64,000 nucleotides of DNA from Syntrophaceae bacterium UBA2251. Its GTDB lineage: Bacteria; Desulfobacterota; Syntrophia; Syntrophales; UBA2251. The position numbers and the translations under genes are program-made. The stretch is from positions 6,720 to 70,719 of the forward strand of contig DDXV01000042.1 in NCBI GenBank assembly GCA_002347815.1, in the 5' to 3' direction. A model generated the notes under the pieces. It was not told where the DNA came from, searched no databases, and saw nothing but the letters and a program-made list of their open reading frames with translations. Position 1 is the stretch's first letter, and every line of letters starts with the position of its first letter. Positions 39,391 through 49,974 of the stretch are shown in pieces.

Positions 39391-40743
39391 ATGATGCACC
39401 TTCATGGCCAACAGCTTCCGGAACATCAGCGCGGCATCCTGCATCGGTTTTACGCCATCGCGTTTCTGACGATTCTCATCCCCGTCCTCGTCGTCTCCTA
39501 CCTGATCTACACGACGGGAATTTCCCTCGACGACAACCACCTGCTCATGTTCGCCATGACGCTGCTGCTCATGCTGGCGGGGCTGGTCATCCTCCGCTAT
39601 GTCTTCACCAGCATCATGGCCGTGGTGGACATCCTGAAACGGCACACCCCGGAGGACGGAACCCTTCCCCTGGTCATCCGGGAGGACGTTTCGGAACTGA
39701 AGGAGATTTCCGCGTGCCTCACGAACCTCATGAACCGGTTCGAGAAAACGACGGACGAGCTGGACCGGCGGGTCTTCGAACTCAACACCGTCAACGAGAT
39801 GGCGGAGATCACCCGCAAGACCCTGCACATGGACGAGCTGCTCAAGATCGTTCTGGAAAAAGCCATGGCGGTGGTCAGGGCGCAAACCGGATCGATCTTC
39901 ACCGTGGACGGCGAAGCGAAACCGCCGCGGCTGGTGGCCTCTTCGCCGCCGGGGACGGTGCCGAACGGAACCTCCGTCAATCTCGAGCGGTCCTTCATGA
40001 AGCGCGTCCTCGATGACCGGAAAACCATCATTGTCCAGAACATCGAGAGCGATCCGAGAACGCTCAAGCCCAACGATCCGAAGTACGGCCCCCCCTCATT
40101 TCTCAGCATGCCCATCTTTGCCGGCCACGCCCTGATCGCCGTTCTCAACCTCGCCAACAAGGAATCCGGGCTCCTCTTCGACGAACTGGACGAACGGATC
40201 GTTTCCACCATGCTGGGGAGCGTGAGCTTTGCGCTCGAAAACGCCAGGCTGCACTCGCAGATCAAGGACCAGTTGGAGGAGATCCTGGCGAAGAACGTCA
40301 CGCTGGAACGAGAAGTCAGGGATCGCCTGCGGGCCGAGGAGGATCTCCGTCGGGTAAACGTCGAACTGAAGGATGCCAACGACCGGATGACCGCGGCCTA
40401 TGACTGGATGCGCGCCAACCGGGATCGCCTGCTCAATCACCGGGACCGGGAAGAAATCGGTTTTGTCGTGGATCGGGAGGGAACGATCGAAGAGATTACG
40501 GAGCGCGCCCTGGAATATGCAGGCAAACCCCGCGGAGAGATGATCGGCGGCAACCTGACGGATCTCCTGGCCGCCCCCGGCCGCGATGCCTTCAAGGGCG
40601 AGCTTCGGCACGCCTGGTCCGGCGTGACGCGGACCCTCCGTGTCGAGATGCTTCAACCGCTGGAATCCGAAACGACCTGCGAGGCCACGCTGACGCGCCT
40701 CACGTCGGCGTCCCGGCGGGCCCTGCTGGTCGTCCTGAGATAG
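39391..40743 (+). CDS. Membrane sensor: 2 TM, HAMP-like linker, GAF, coiled coil, PAS-like; no output domain
   Basis: Two hydrophobic helices, SFLSMPI..LIAVLNLANK..FDELDERI (GAF), C-terminal FVVDREG.IEEIT..ALEYAG (PAS-like). Confidence 0.78.
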   Translation: MMHLHGQQLPEHQRGILHRFYAIAFLTILIPVLVVSYLIYTTGISLDDNHLLMFAMTLLLMLAGLVILRYVFTSIMAVVDILKRHTPEDGTLPLVIREDVSELKEISACLTNLMNRFEKTTDELDRRVFELNTVNEMAEITRKTLHMDELLKIVLEKAMAVVRAQTGSIFTVDGEAKPPRLVASSPPGTVPNGTSVNLERSFMKRVLDDRKTIIVQNIESDPRTLKPNDPKYGPPSFLSMPIFAGHALIAVLNLANKESGLLFDELDERIVSTMLGSVSFALENARLHSQIKDQLEEILAKNVTLEREVRDRLRAEEDLRRVNVELKDANDRMTAAYDWMRANRDRLLNHRDREEIGFVVDREGTIEEITERALEYAGKPRGEMIGGNLTDLLAAPGRDAFKGELRHAWSGVTRTLRVEMLQPLESETTCEATLTRLTSASRRALLVVLR

Positions 40744-40834
40744 GAACGCCGGCCTCGCCCGTCCCATCCCCCGAAAACAGACGAAAAGATGTGCCGCGCG
40801 GCGTCCCCCGCCCGCTTGCCGTGCCGGGGCGCGT

Positions 40835-43800
40835 CTACCGCACCTGATACAACGGATAGTCCTTCCCGAAATGAAGGATCAGCGGCGTCTGGCTGTGGCC
40901 CAGGGTTTTCGAGATATCGGCCGTCGCCTGCTTTGCGTAGCCCCCCAGGCCGACAACGGTGATCCTCCCCTCCGGGTTTCGATCGACCTCCCGGGGGTTG
41001 TCCAATCCCCCCAGCAGGGTATGGGTAAAAAGCCCGTTTCCTTGATAGCCGTCGAGCGCCGCTTGCGTGTCGTTGGCCGAGGCATAAATATGCAGCCCCA
41101 TTTTCTTCGCCAGCACGGAGATGCGGGCATCGTACAAACCGCTGACGATGGAATCGACGCCGCCGGCATGGCAGGTATCGAAAATCAACAGCTGGTGGAG
41201 CGACTTGATTTTTTTGGACATCTCGACGATTTCATTGGAACTGATCAGGCTGTGCTCGCCGAGCCCGCCGTCATAGTCGTGGGTGAGCATATAGTATTGA
41301 TTGCGAAGCAGGACGCCGTGACCGGCGACAAAGAGGATGAAGCCGTCGCCGGGCTTGATGACGCGCGCGAGGTCTTCAATGCGGCCGAGGACGTTTTTCT
41401 TGGTCGCCTCCAGATCGCTGATCCCGTCGCGATGAATATTTTCCGGCCGGTATAGGGTGGCGGATTGCGTTGCGAGTTTCGCCACAATATCGCCGGCGTC
41501 TTTTTTCGCGTATTTCAGATTGACGCTCCGGTCCCGGTATTGATCGATGCCGACGGCCAGGATGTAGAGGTGCGGCTCCTCCGGCGACAACGTCGACTGA
41601 AATCCGACCGATGTCAGGCGGCTCTGCACGGTGTTGGGACCGTTGAAGGCCGTGACGCTGATTTCGTTCTCTCCGGGCACGGCGTCGATTTCACGGCAGG
41701 CCTCGTAGGCATCGCCTTTCGGATGGCTTTGGACCAGGCCGGGCGCCCCTTTTTCCTGAACCTTGACGCTTCTCATGTCCGCATAAATGGTCTGGCTGTC
41801 CAGGGATACGATCGGCGCCGGGCGGGCGGCCTTGACGGTCTCGCGGTAGAATCCGTCCGATTGAACCAGTTTGCCGTTATGAAACACCCGCACCTCGCCG
41901 ATGCCTCCGCCGGCATTGCTGATCCGGTAACAGGCCTTGACGCGGGGCTCGCCGGCGGGGAAATCGGCGGGGAGCCATTGTACGTCCGGGGGCGGATTCC
42001 GAATGGCTTCGTCGATCTTCAGCGTAATCAGGCTGTCAATATCTTCGCCCCTCAGTTTGGCGGTCACGATATCCGGGCGGTAGAAGACATCGTAGAACTG
42101 ATCGATGCCGAAAATGCTGTTCCCCATGCGCAGGCTCAGGTGTTTGTGGCCGTTGGGGGAGGAATTGTAATAACCCTCGGGGGTGATGACGACCCACTCG
42201 CCGTCCTGGAAACCGATGAAGCGCGCCAGTTCCCGACCGGTCGCCCCGTCCCAGATCCGGGTCGTCCCATCGAACGCGCCGGAGATGATTCTCGTTCCGT
42301 CCGGAGAAAACGAGGCCTCGTTGACCCAGGCCGAATGACCGGCCAGTGTCCGGATCTCTTTTCCGGTCGCGACATCCCACAGCTTGACCCGATAATCTCC
42401 GCCGGACGACAGGATCGTTTTGCCGTCTTCCGAGAAAACGACCGAGCTGACGGTCCCCGCGTGGCCCGACCATGTTTTGAGTTCCTTTCCCGTGGCGACA
42501 TCCCACAGACGGAGGGTTCGATCCAGGCCTCCCGATACGATGGACTGTCCGTCGGGCGAAAAAGCGGCGGAGAAAACCGCGTCCGTGTGGCCCTCGAATT
42601 TTCTGATTTCCCTTCCGGTCGCCACCTCCCAGAGCCGGAGGGCGTTGTCCTTCCCGCTCCATGTCCTGCCTCCCGCCGAAAGGGCGTATTGGCCGTCCGG
42701 CGAGAAAGAGACGGTGTTGATATCGCCTTCGTGCCCCGCGAATCTTTTCCATTCCCGGCCGGCCGCGACATCCCAGATCTTGACCCATTTGTCGCTCCCG
42801 CCCGAAATGATGAACCGCTCGTCCGGAGAAAATCGGACCGTGTTCTTCCCGAGGAGAAACTTTTCGTCAATGAAGAATTTCCGCACTTTTCCATCCGCGG
42901 CATTCCAGAGGATGATCGCGCCCTTCTCGCCTTCGGCCCGCGAAAGGACGCTTTTCCCGTCCCGGGAGAAGACCGCGGTCTTCACGATGCTCTTCAGCTT
43001 CCCGTAGCGCTCCGTCTCCTCCCCGGCGTCGATCGTCCACCGGAAGCGGAAGGCGGCTGTCTGCCCGCCGGTCTCGATGTCCCAGAATCTGACGCTCCGG
43101 TCTTCGCTGACGGACAGGGCCTGCTTGCCCGCGGGCGAAAACGACGCCGAATAAACCCAGGCGGCGTTGCCCGTGAAGGTCTTGAGCGGGATACCCGTTG
43201 CCGCGTCCCAGATCTTGATGGTGCGGTCTTCGCTGCCGGAGACGATATGCCGTCCGTCGGGGGAGAACGAGGCGTCCCCGATCAGAATGTCATGACCGGT
43301 GAAATTCAGGATCTCCCGCGCGGCAAACACATCCCAGAGGTGGAAGACGCGATCGGTTCCCACCGTCATCACCCGGCGGGCATCCGGCGAGAAGGCCACC
43401 CGGGACACTTCGTCCGGTTCGACGGCAAAGGAGCGAATCTCGCGGCGGCTGTCCGCTTCCCAGACCGTGACCGCCGTCCGCTCGTTCCCGGCCAGGATAT
43501 ATCGGCCATCCGGCGAGAAGGCAATCGCCCGGGTCCAACCGGGCTTGCCCGGAAAGGTGGCGATCTCCCGGCCGGTGGCGACGTCCCACAGACGCAGCAT
43601 GCCGTCCTTGGAGGCGGACAGGAGCTCCTTTTCGTCGGGGGAGAAGGCCAGGCCGGTCACCGCTTCGACGTTTCCGGCCAGTGTGCGCATTTCCCGCCCC
43701 GAGGCGGCATCCCAGATCTTGACGGATTTGTCCGAGCTTGCCGTCGCCACGATCTTCCCGTCCGCTGAAAAAAGGGCGCATTGCACATAATCCGAATGGC

Positions 43801-44307
43801 CCTTGACCGTCCACAGGGTCGCCCCCGTCTCGAAATTGCGCATTTTCAAGAGCCCCGTCCAGCCGCCGGTGAGGAAAAACGATTCGTCGCGGGAAACGGC
43901 AAAAACATTGATATTGTCGTCGTCGTCGGAAAACGATCTGATTTCCTTGCCCGTTTCCACATCCCAGAGATTCAGAACCTTTGCCGCCGCGCGGGACATC
44001 AGGAATTTTCCCGAAGGAGAGAAGATTACGCGCCCGACGCCGGACGTGTTGCCTGTTTGAACGATGATTTCCGTGTCGTCGGAAATTTTCGTCCGTGACG
44101 ACCTTGCGACCGGGGGGGCGGCGTCTGGGGCATCGCGGCCACCCTCCCGCGCCTGCCGCCCAACGCGCCCTCGATCTGCTGGACGGACAGGCCCTGCATC
44201 TGTTCGCGCACCCGCCCCCTGTCCTCCACGGCGGAAGCCAGGGAGACGCCGACGAAGAAGCCGACCAGGCCCAGAACGAATCCCTTGGAGAGGCTCATGG
44301 TCCCCAT
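40835..44307 (-). CDS. WD40-repeat + caspase-like (peptidase C14) protein; signal peptide separated by a -1 frameshift
   Basis: ATG 44307 after AAGGAGG gives a signal-like MGTMSLSKGFVLGLVGFFVGVSLASA in a different frame from the WD40 body. C14 domain LYILAVGIDQY, FVAGHG, IFDTCHAG, GNGLFT. Confidence 0.85.
42236..44074 (-). repeat. 14 WD40 repeats (protein-level)
   Basis: Counted 14 units of about 42 aa of the form GH..V..V.FSPDG...SG..D...LWDV.TG. Confidence 0.85.
44112..44118. repeat. G7 (C7 on coding strand) homopolymer at the WD40-caspase frameshift
   Basis: Adding one C joins ..MPQTPPP to PVARSSRTKISDDTEIIVQTG in frame. Confidence 0.7.
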
Positions 44308-44429
44308 CGGGGCCCTCCTTTCCGTATCTTCTTGATTTCCCGTCAACCGACCGCCCCCTGGATCCCCGGATGGAGGCGCCGGGGCGTCTGAAACCCTCCC
44401 GGCGGGTCTGCCCGGACCTCGCCGGGGCG

Positions 44430-45230
44430 TCACCCGCATCCGGGCCCGCCACGGAGCCGGGCGACGAGAAGACCGGTCCGGGTGCGGCGCCGGTGCAGAT
44501 AGCGATAGACCGTTTCCGGGGAGACGACGACCCGGCCGGCCGCCTCGGAGGCGTGCAGCAGGTGGATCCGACCGCGGCGCCGCACGGCGAACCCGACATG
44601 GAGAACGTCGATCCCGTCCTGCTCCGCCGTCACGGCCAGGATGTCGCCATCACGAATCCGCGCCTCCTGTGAACGGAAGCGCCCGCGGGGCAGATAAACC
44701 TTGGGCATCCCCGTCAAGGCCTCCTCCACGGCGCGCACCCGCCGGGAGCATTCCGCATCGGCGAGCGGCGGGTAGCGGTCGCGGTGGGCCGTCATGAAAT
44801 CCACCCGCTTTTCCCAGGGCGTCCCCCCCAGCCGCGCGGTCATGTCCTCGAGGATGCCCCTGGCCGCGTTGTCCCGCAGCCAGTCGGAAAAATAATGCAG
44901 CCGGGAGGCGTAGCCGTCCAGGCGCCCCCCCCGGTAACGGATGTCTTCGACGGCGCGCGCCAGTTCCTCCCGATCCGCCCGGCCGGCCGCCGGAAGCCGG
45001 GCCAGGGCCACCACCGTCTCGACAAAGGTGACGCAGTCGAAGGCGTCCAGATTGACGACCAGACGCTCCGGGCCGGTCCGGTCCAGCGGATGGGCGAGGT
45101 AGGTCCTGCCCAGAAATCCCTCGGCGATGGCCGTCAGCGCGACGGAGACATCTTCCCCCGTCCCGGCTGCGCCGGTCGCGGCGGTCCGCTGTCGCGGCAA
45201 GATGACGTTCCGGGTGTCCGGCCTCCGCAT
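44430..45230 (-). CDS. DUF1460 (NlpC/P60-like N-acetylmuramoyl-L-alanine amidase-like) protein
   Basis: FLGRTY, LVVNL..FDCVTFVE, RYRGG..DGYASRLHYFSDW, HVGFA, HAS. Confidence 0.85.
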   Translation of the reverse strand: MRRPDTRNVILPRQRTAATGAAGTGEDVSVALTAIAEGFLGRTYLAHPLDRTGPERLVVNLDAFDCVTFVETVVALARLPAAGRADREELARAVEDIRYRGGRLDGYASRLHYFSDWLRDNAARGILEDMTARLGGTPWEKRVDFMTAHRDRYPPLADAECSRRVRAVEEALTGMPKVYLPRGRFRSQEARIRDGDILAVTAEQDGIDVLHVGFAVRRRGRIHLLHASEAAGRVVVSPETVYRYLHRRRTRTGLLVARLRGGPGCG

Positions 45231-45391
45231 TCCCCACCTCCGGGGTCTTGCATACCACATCCGTCCGCCCGGGGCAAAAACTAAGCCGCGCCACCCCGTG
45301 ATCTTTTTACTTTACAAAAGGGAAAACATCAGGTATGAGGCTGCCACCGAAAAAGACCTTTGATGCGTTTTCCGCCACGGAGAGGTGTGTG

Positions 45392-45763
45392 ATGGCTCCC
45401 ATGAAGCCAGAAAAATTGGAGTTTTTCAGATACATGCTCAAGCAGAAGATCAACGAGCTGCTGGAAGACGCCGAGAAAACGGTTTCCGAGATGACCAACG
45501 GGAAGGAGAATTACCCCGATCCCAACGACCGCGCCTCCCTGGAATCCGACCGGAATTTCGAACTCAGGATCCGGGACCGGGAGCGAAAACTGATCGCCAA
45601 GATGAAGGAAGCGATCAAACGGCTCGATGACGGCACCTTCGGCAACTGCGAGGTCTGCGGCGGACCCATCTCGGAAAAGAGGCTGGTGGCGAGACCGGTC
45701 ACCACCCTGTGCATCGACTGCAAGACGAAGCAGGAAAAACTCGAAAAACTCAAGGGGGAGTAG
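45392..45763 (+). CDS. dksA: RNA polymerase-binding factor DksA
   Basis: Coiled-coil tip DPNDRAS, RIRDRERKL, C4 finger CEVCG..RPVTTLCIDCK. Confidence 0.95.
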   Translation: MAPMKPEKLEFFRYMLKQKINELLEDAEKTVSEMTNGKENYPDPNDRASLESDRNFELRIRDRERKLIAKMKEAIKRLDDGTFGNCEVCGGPISEKRLVARPVTTLCIDCKTKQEKLEKLKGE

Positions 45764-45908
45764 CCCCTTCTGTTCTCCGGACGTCGGGGAAAACGGGGGT
45801 CGATGCGGCCCGCGCCGCGAAGGCCCCGACCGGACGTCCTCCCCGCTCATCCCGGTGGTCCTTCTTTGAGCCCCACCCGGCGCCATGCGCGCGAACCGGA
45901 TACGCCCC

Positions 45909-48140
45909 ATGTTCATTCAGGTGGCCATCGACATCCCCTCCGAGCGAACCTTTACCTACGCGGTTCCCCCCTTCCTGGCGGCCGAGGTCGCTTTGGGAAA
46001 GCGCGTCCGTGTCCCCTTCGGCCGTCGCCGGCAGGTCGGCGTCATCCTCGCCGTCGAAGACGTCGCCCCGGATGCCGGCGGAAAGGAAATCCGGGAGATC
46101 CTCGACGTCGTCGACCCGGAGCCCCTGTTCGGTCCGGAAGAACTCCGCTTTTACCGCTGGGCGGCCTCCTATTATCTCTACCCCTTGGGGAAGGCCCTGG
46201 CCGACGTCCTGCCCGGAACGGAATACCGATCCGGCGGCCAGCGCATCCGCCTCACGGAAGACGCCGCGGACCGGATCGCCTCCCCCCTCTCTCCGTCGGC
46301 GGACATCCTCTGCGCCGTCCTGGCCGAGCGCCGGAACGGTCTCACCCTGAACCGCCTGCGGAAAGTCACCGGCATTGAAGACATCCGAAAGGAAATCCGG
46401 GAGTTGCAGGATGCAGGCCTCGTGCGCGTCACGGAGGCCGAACGCCGGCTTGCCCCCCGCCGGGGCGGCGAAGCGCCCGGGGAAACCGTCCGGACAACCG
46501 AGGCGGTTCCCATCCTCAACCCCGATCAGCGGAACGCCGTTGAAACGATCCGGGAGAGCCTGAACCGGGGAGGGTTTGCGCCGTTTTTGCTCCACGGGGT
46601 CACGGGGAGCGGCAAGACGGAGGTTTACCTGCGGGCCATCGCGGACGTCCTGGAGCGCGGCGGCGGCGCGCTGCTCCTGGTGCCGGAAATCGCCCTGACC
46701 GGCCAGCTCCTGGACCGTCTCCAGGCACGGTTTCCCCGGCAAGCCGTCGCGGTCCTCCACAGCGGCGTCTCCCGCACCGTTCGGTACGACCAGTGGCGGC
46801 AGATCCGGCAGGGCCGCCTCCGTCTGATCATCGGCGCCCGTTCCGCCCTCTTCGCCCCGGTCCGGGATCTGAAGCTGGTCGTCGTGGACGAGGAACACGA
46901 CCTGTCCTACAAACAGGACGACCGGATGCATTACCAGGCCCGCGACCTCGCCGTCATACGGGCCAAGCTGGCCGGAGCGGCGGTGATCCTGGGTTCGGCG
47001 ACCCCCGAACTTCAATCCTACTTCAACATCGCCGCGCGGAAATACCGCCTCCTGACCCTGCCCGACCGCGTTCTGTCCAAGCCCCTGCCCCAGGTGGAGG
47101 TGATCGACATGCGGGGCCGGCGGGAAGCGGCCGGCCAGCCGGCCGTCCTCTCGGCGCCCCTGCAGGCGGCGCTCCGGGAGACGCTTAGCCTCGGCCGCCA
47201 GTCCATCCTGTTTCTCAACCGGCGGGGCTCGCATGCGTTCATGGTCTGCCTGGACTGCGGCCAGGCCTTCCGGTGCCTCAATTGCGCCGTCTCGCTCACC
47301 TACTACGGTGGGGACGCCCTCCTGAAATGTCATTACTGCGGCTTCCGCCACCCCGTCCCGCCGGCCTGCCCGGCCTGCGGAAGTTCCCGCCTCGGCGGTT
47401 TCGGCGTGGGGACGGAGAAAGTGGAGGAGGAGGTCCGGGCCACGTTCCCCGAGGCGCGCATCGCCCGTCTGGACAGCGACACCACGACGCGCCGGGGCGC
47501 CCACATCGAGATCCTCCAGCGGCTTGCCCGGCAGGAGATCGACATCCTGATCGGTACGCAGATGGTGGCCAAGGGGCACGACTTCCCGGGCGTGACCCTG
47601 GTCGGCGTCATCTCGGCCGACACCTCCATGAATCTCCCCGATTTCCGGGCGGCGGAGCGGACGTTTCAGATCCTCACCCAGGTGGCGGGCCGGGGCGGCC
47701 GGGGGGAGACGCCGGGCCGGGTCCTCATCCAGACCTTCAACCCGGGGCACTACGCCCTGCTCAAAGCCCGGCATCACGACTATACGGGATTCTACCGGGA
47801 GGAGATCGCCTCCCGGGAGGCCCTGTCCTACCCGCCGTTCAGCCGCCTCGTCAGCCTCCACCTCTCCTGCCGCTCCCGGGAAAAGGGCCGGGGGGCATCG
47901 GAAACACTGGGCCGTCTCGCCCGGGAACTGGCCGCGTCAGGACGGTCGGCGCAGGGGGTCGAGGTCATCGGTCCGGCGGAGGCCCCCGTGGCGAAGATCA
48001 AGGGTCGGTACCGCTGGCAATTGCTTTTGAAGGGCAAACATGTTACAAGCCTGCACGCCCTGGCCCGGAGCCTGTTCGAACACGCCGCGCACACGGGTCT
48101 GGACGTCCGGATCGACGTCGACCCGGTGCATTTTCTGTAG
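45909..48140 (+). CDS. priA: Primosomal protein N'
   Basis: GVTGSGKTEVY, LVPEIALT, DEEH, SATP, Cys-rich Zn region, GTQMVAKGHDFP, QVAGRGGR. Confidence 0.97.
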   Translation: MFIQVAIDIPSERTFTYAVPPFLAAEVALGKRVRVPFGRRRQVGVILAVEDVAPDAGGKEIREILDVVDPEPLFGPEELRFYRWAASYYLYPLGKALADVLPGTEYRSGGQRIRLTEDAADRIASPLSPSADILCAVLAERRNGLTLNRLRKVTGIEDIRKEIRELQDAGLVRVTEAERRLAPRRGGEAPGETVRTTEAVPILNPDQRNAVETIRESLNRGGFAPFLLHGVTGSGKTEVYLRAIADVLERGGGALLLVPEIALTGQLLDRLQARFPRQAVAVLHSGVSRTVRYDQWRQIRQGRLRLIIGARSALFAPVRDLKLVVVDEEHDLSYKQDDRMHYQARDLAVIRAKLAGAAVILGSATPELQSYFNIAARKYRLLTLPDRVLSKPLPQVEVIDMRGRREAAGQPAVLSAPLQAALRETLSLGRQSILFLNRRGSHAFMVCLDCGQAFRCLNCAVSLTYYGGDALLKCHYCGFRHPVPPACPACGSSRLGGFGVGTEKVEEEVRATFPEARIARLDSDTTTRRGAHIEILQRLARQEIDILIGTQMVAKGHDFPGVTLVGVISADTSMNLPDFRAAERTFQILTQVAGRGGRGETPGRVLIQTFNPGHYALLKARHHDYTGFYREEIASREALSYPPFSRLVSLHLSCRSREKGRGASETLGRLARELAASGRSAQGVEVIGPAEAPVAKIKGRYRWQLLLKGKHVTSLHALARSLFEHAAHTGLDVRIDVDPVHFL

Positions 48141-48169
48141 GCCCGCGGGCCGGGAACCGCAGGAGGCGC

Positions 48170-49105
48170 ATGCAGACGTCATTGATGTTCATGGGAACGC
48201 CGGAGTTCGCCCTGCCGTCCCTGGAGCGCCTCGCTGCGGACGGCTGGCCGATCGCCGCCGTCGTCACCCAGCCTGACCGGCCCCGGGGCCGGGGACAGTC
48301 CCGGGTCGCGCCCCCGGTGAAGGACGCCGCCCTCCGCCTGGGACTGCCCGTCCTCCAGCCCGAGCGGGTGCGGGACCCGGCGTTTCTCGACACCTGCCGC
48401 GCCCTGGCGCCCGACGTGATCGTCGTGGCCGCGTTCGGCCAGATCCTCCCGGCGGCCCTTCTCGAGATCCCCCGTTTCGGCTGCATCAACGTCCACCCCT
48501 CCCTCCTGCCGAAGTATCGGGGCGCCGCCCCGATGAACTGGACCCTGATCCGGGGGGAGTCCGTCACCGGCGTCACGATCATGCGGATGAACGAGGCGAT
48601 GGATGCGGGCGACATCCTGATCCAGGAAGAAACCCCGATCGACCCCCGGGAGGATTACGGCGCGCTCCACGACCGTCTGGCGATCCTCGGGGCCGGACTC
48701 CTGGCGCGCGCCCTGGACGGAATCGTGAGCGGAACCCTCGCGGGAACCCCCCAGAACCCTTCCGGGGCGACATTTGCACCCAAAATCGGCCGGGAAGACG
48801 GCCTGATCCGCTGGGACGCGCCGGCGGACGCCGTCGTCAACCTGATCCGGGGGCTTTCCCCGACACCCGGCGCCTGGACCCGCTGCGACGGGAAGATTCT
48901 GAAGGTGTTCCGGGCCGAGGCGTCGCCGGGCCCCGTTGCCGACACGCCGGGAACGGTCGGGGAAGCGACGCCCCGGGGCCTGCCCGTGACCGTCCGGGGA
49001 GGCCGGGTCTGCCTGACGGAGGTCCAGATGGAAAACAAGAAACGCCTGCCGATCAGGGATTTCCTGCGGGGGCAGAGGCTCGCGTCCGGCAGCCGCCTGG
49101 GATAG
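48170..49105 (+). CDS. fmt: Methionyl-tRNA formyltransferase
   Basis: FMGTPEFA, VVTQPDRP.GRG, NVHPSLLPKYRGAAP, MDAGDI. Confidence 0.97.
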   Translation: MQTSLMFMGTPEFALPSLERLAADGWPIAAVVTQPDRPRGRGQSRVAPPVKDAALRLGLPVLQPERVRDPAFLDTCRALAPDVIVVAAFGQILPAALLEIPRFGCINVHPSLLPKYRGAAPMNWTLIRGESVTGVTIMRMNEAMDAGDILIQEETPIDPREDYGALHDRLAILGAGLLARALDGIVSGTLAGTPQNPSGATFAPKIGREDGLIRWDAPADAVVNLIRGLSPTPGAWTRCDGKILKVFRAEASPGPVADTPGTVGEATPRGLPVTVRGGRVCLTEVQMENKKRLPIRDFLRGQRLASGSRLG

Positions 49106-49154
49106 ACGCGTCCTGCGGACCCCCGCGCACCCTCCACGAGAAAGGAGACCGTCC

Positions 49155-49940
49155 ATGAAGAAAAAACGTTTTGTCGACCTGAGCATCGCGCTAGAAACGG
49201 GACTCCCCAGCGATCCGCCCATGATGATCCCCCGTGTGGACTACATCGATCACGCGATGGGGACCGCCTCCATGCTGGACTTCTTCCCCGGCCTCAAGGC
49301 CGACCAGCTGCCGGGCGGGGTGGGCTGGGCCGTGGAATTCCTGACGCTTTCCACCCACAGCGGCACCCACCTCGACGCCCCCTACCACTATCACCCGCGG
49401 ATGGACCGGGGCCGGCCCGCCGCCACGATTGACGAGATTCCGCTGGCGTGGTGCCTGAGCGACGGCGTCCTGCTCGATTTCCGCCACAAGGCCGACGGGG
49501 AGCGCATCACCGTGGCGGACGTCAGGAAGGAACTGGACAGGATCCGGTACGAGATCAAGCCGCTCGACATCGTTCTCGTCCAGACCGGCGCCGACCAGGC
49601 CTGGGGAAAGCCGGAATACCTGGTCAAGGGGGCCGGGATGGACCGGGAAAGCACCCTCTTCCTCACGGAGCAGGGCGTCCGCGTCGTCGGCATCGACGCC
49701 TGGAGCTGGGACCGCCCCCTGCCCTTTCTCGCCGCCGAATTCAAGGAGAAGGGCGACCCCCGGGTGATCTGGGAGGCCCACTTCGCCGGAATCGAGACCG
49801 GGTACTGCCACATGGAAAAGCTGGCCAACCTCTCCGCCATCGGCCGGCCGCACGGCTTCACCGTCTCCTGCTTCCCCATCAAGATCAAGCGGGCCTCCGC
49901 CGGCTGGACGCGGCCCGTCGCGATCGTGGAGGAGGACTGA
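49155..49940 (+). CDS. Cyclase-family metal-dependent hydrolase (kynurenine formamidase-like)
   Basis: HSGTHLDAPYH (HxGTHxDAPxH), VGIDAWSWD, HMEKLANL. Confidence 0.88.
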   Translation: MKKKRFVDLSIALETGLPSDPPMMIPRVDYIDHAMGTASMLDFFPGLKADQLPGGVGWAVEFLTLSTHSGTHLDAPYHYHPRMDRGRPAATIDEIPLAWCLSDGVLLDFRHKADGERITVADVRKELDRIRYEIKPLDIVLVQTGADQAWGKPEYLVKGAGMDRESTLFLTEQGVRVVGIDAWSWDRPLPFLAAEFKEKGDPRVIWEAHFAGIETGYCHMEKLANLSAIGRPHGFTVSCFPIKIKRASAGWTRPVAIVEED

Positions 49941-49974
49941 GCGACCGGGGCGGACCGCGCCCGAAGACGGGATC

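Noticed and set aside
42236-44074. Repeated DNA words (e.g. GACATCCCA) as a CRISPR array or DGR template/variable repeats
   Set aside because: They are the codons of the WD40 LWDV motif inside one ORF. There are no identical repeats with spacers, no A-specific mismatched pair, and no RT or cas gene.
44308-44599. ORF-track start (44599) of the WD40-caspase protein
   Set aside because: It overlaps the DUF1460 gene, has no RBS and reads as low-complexity off-frame sequence.
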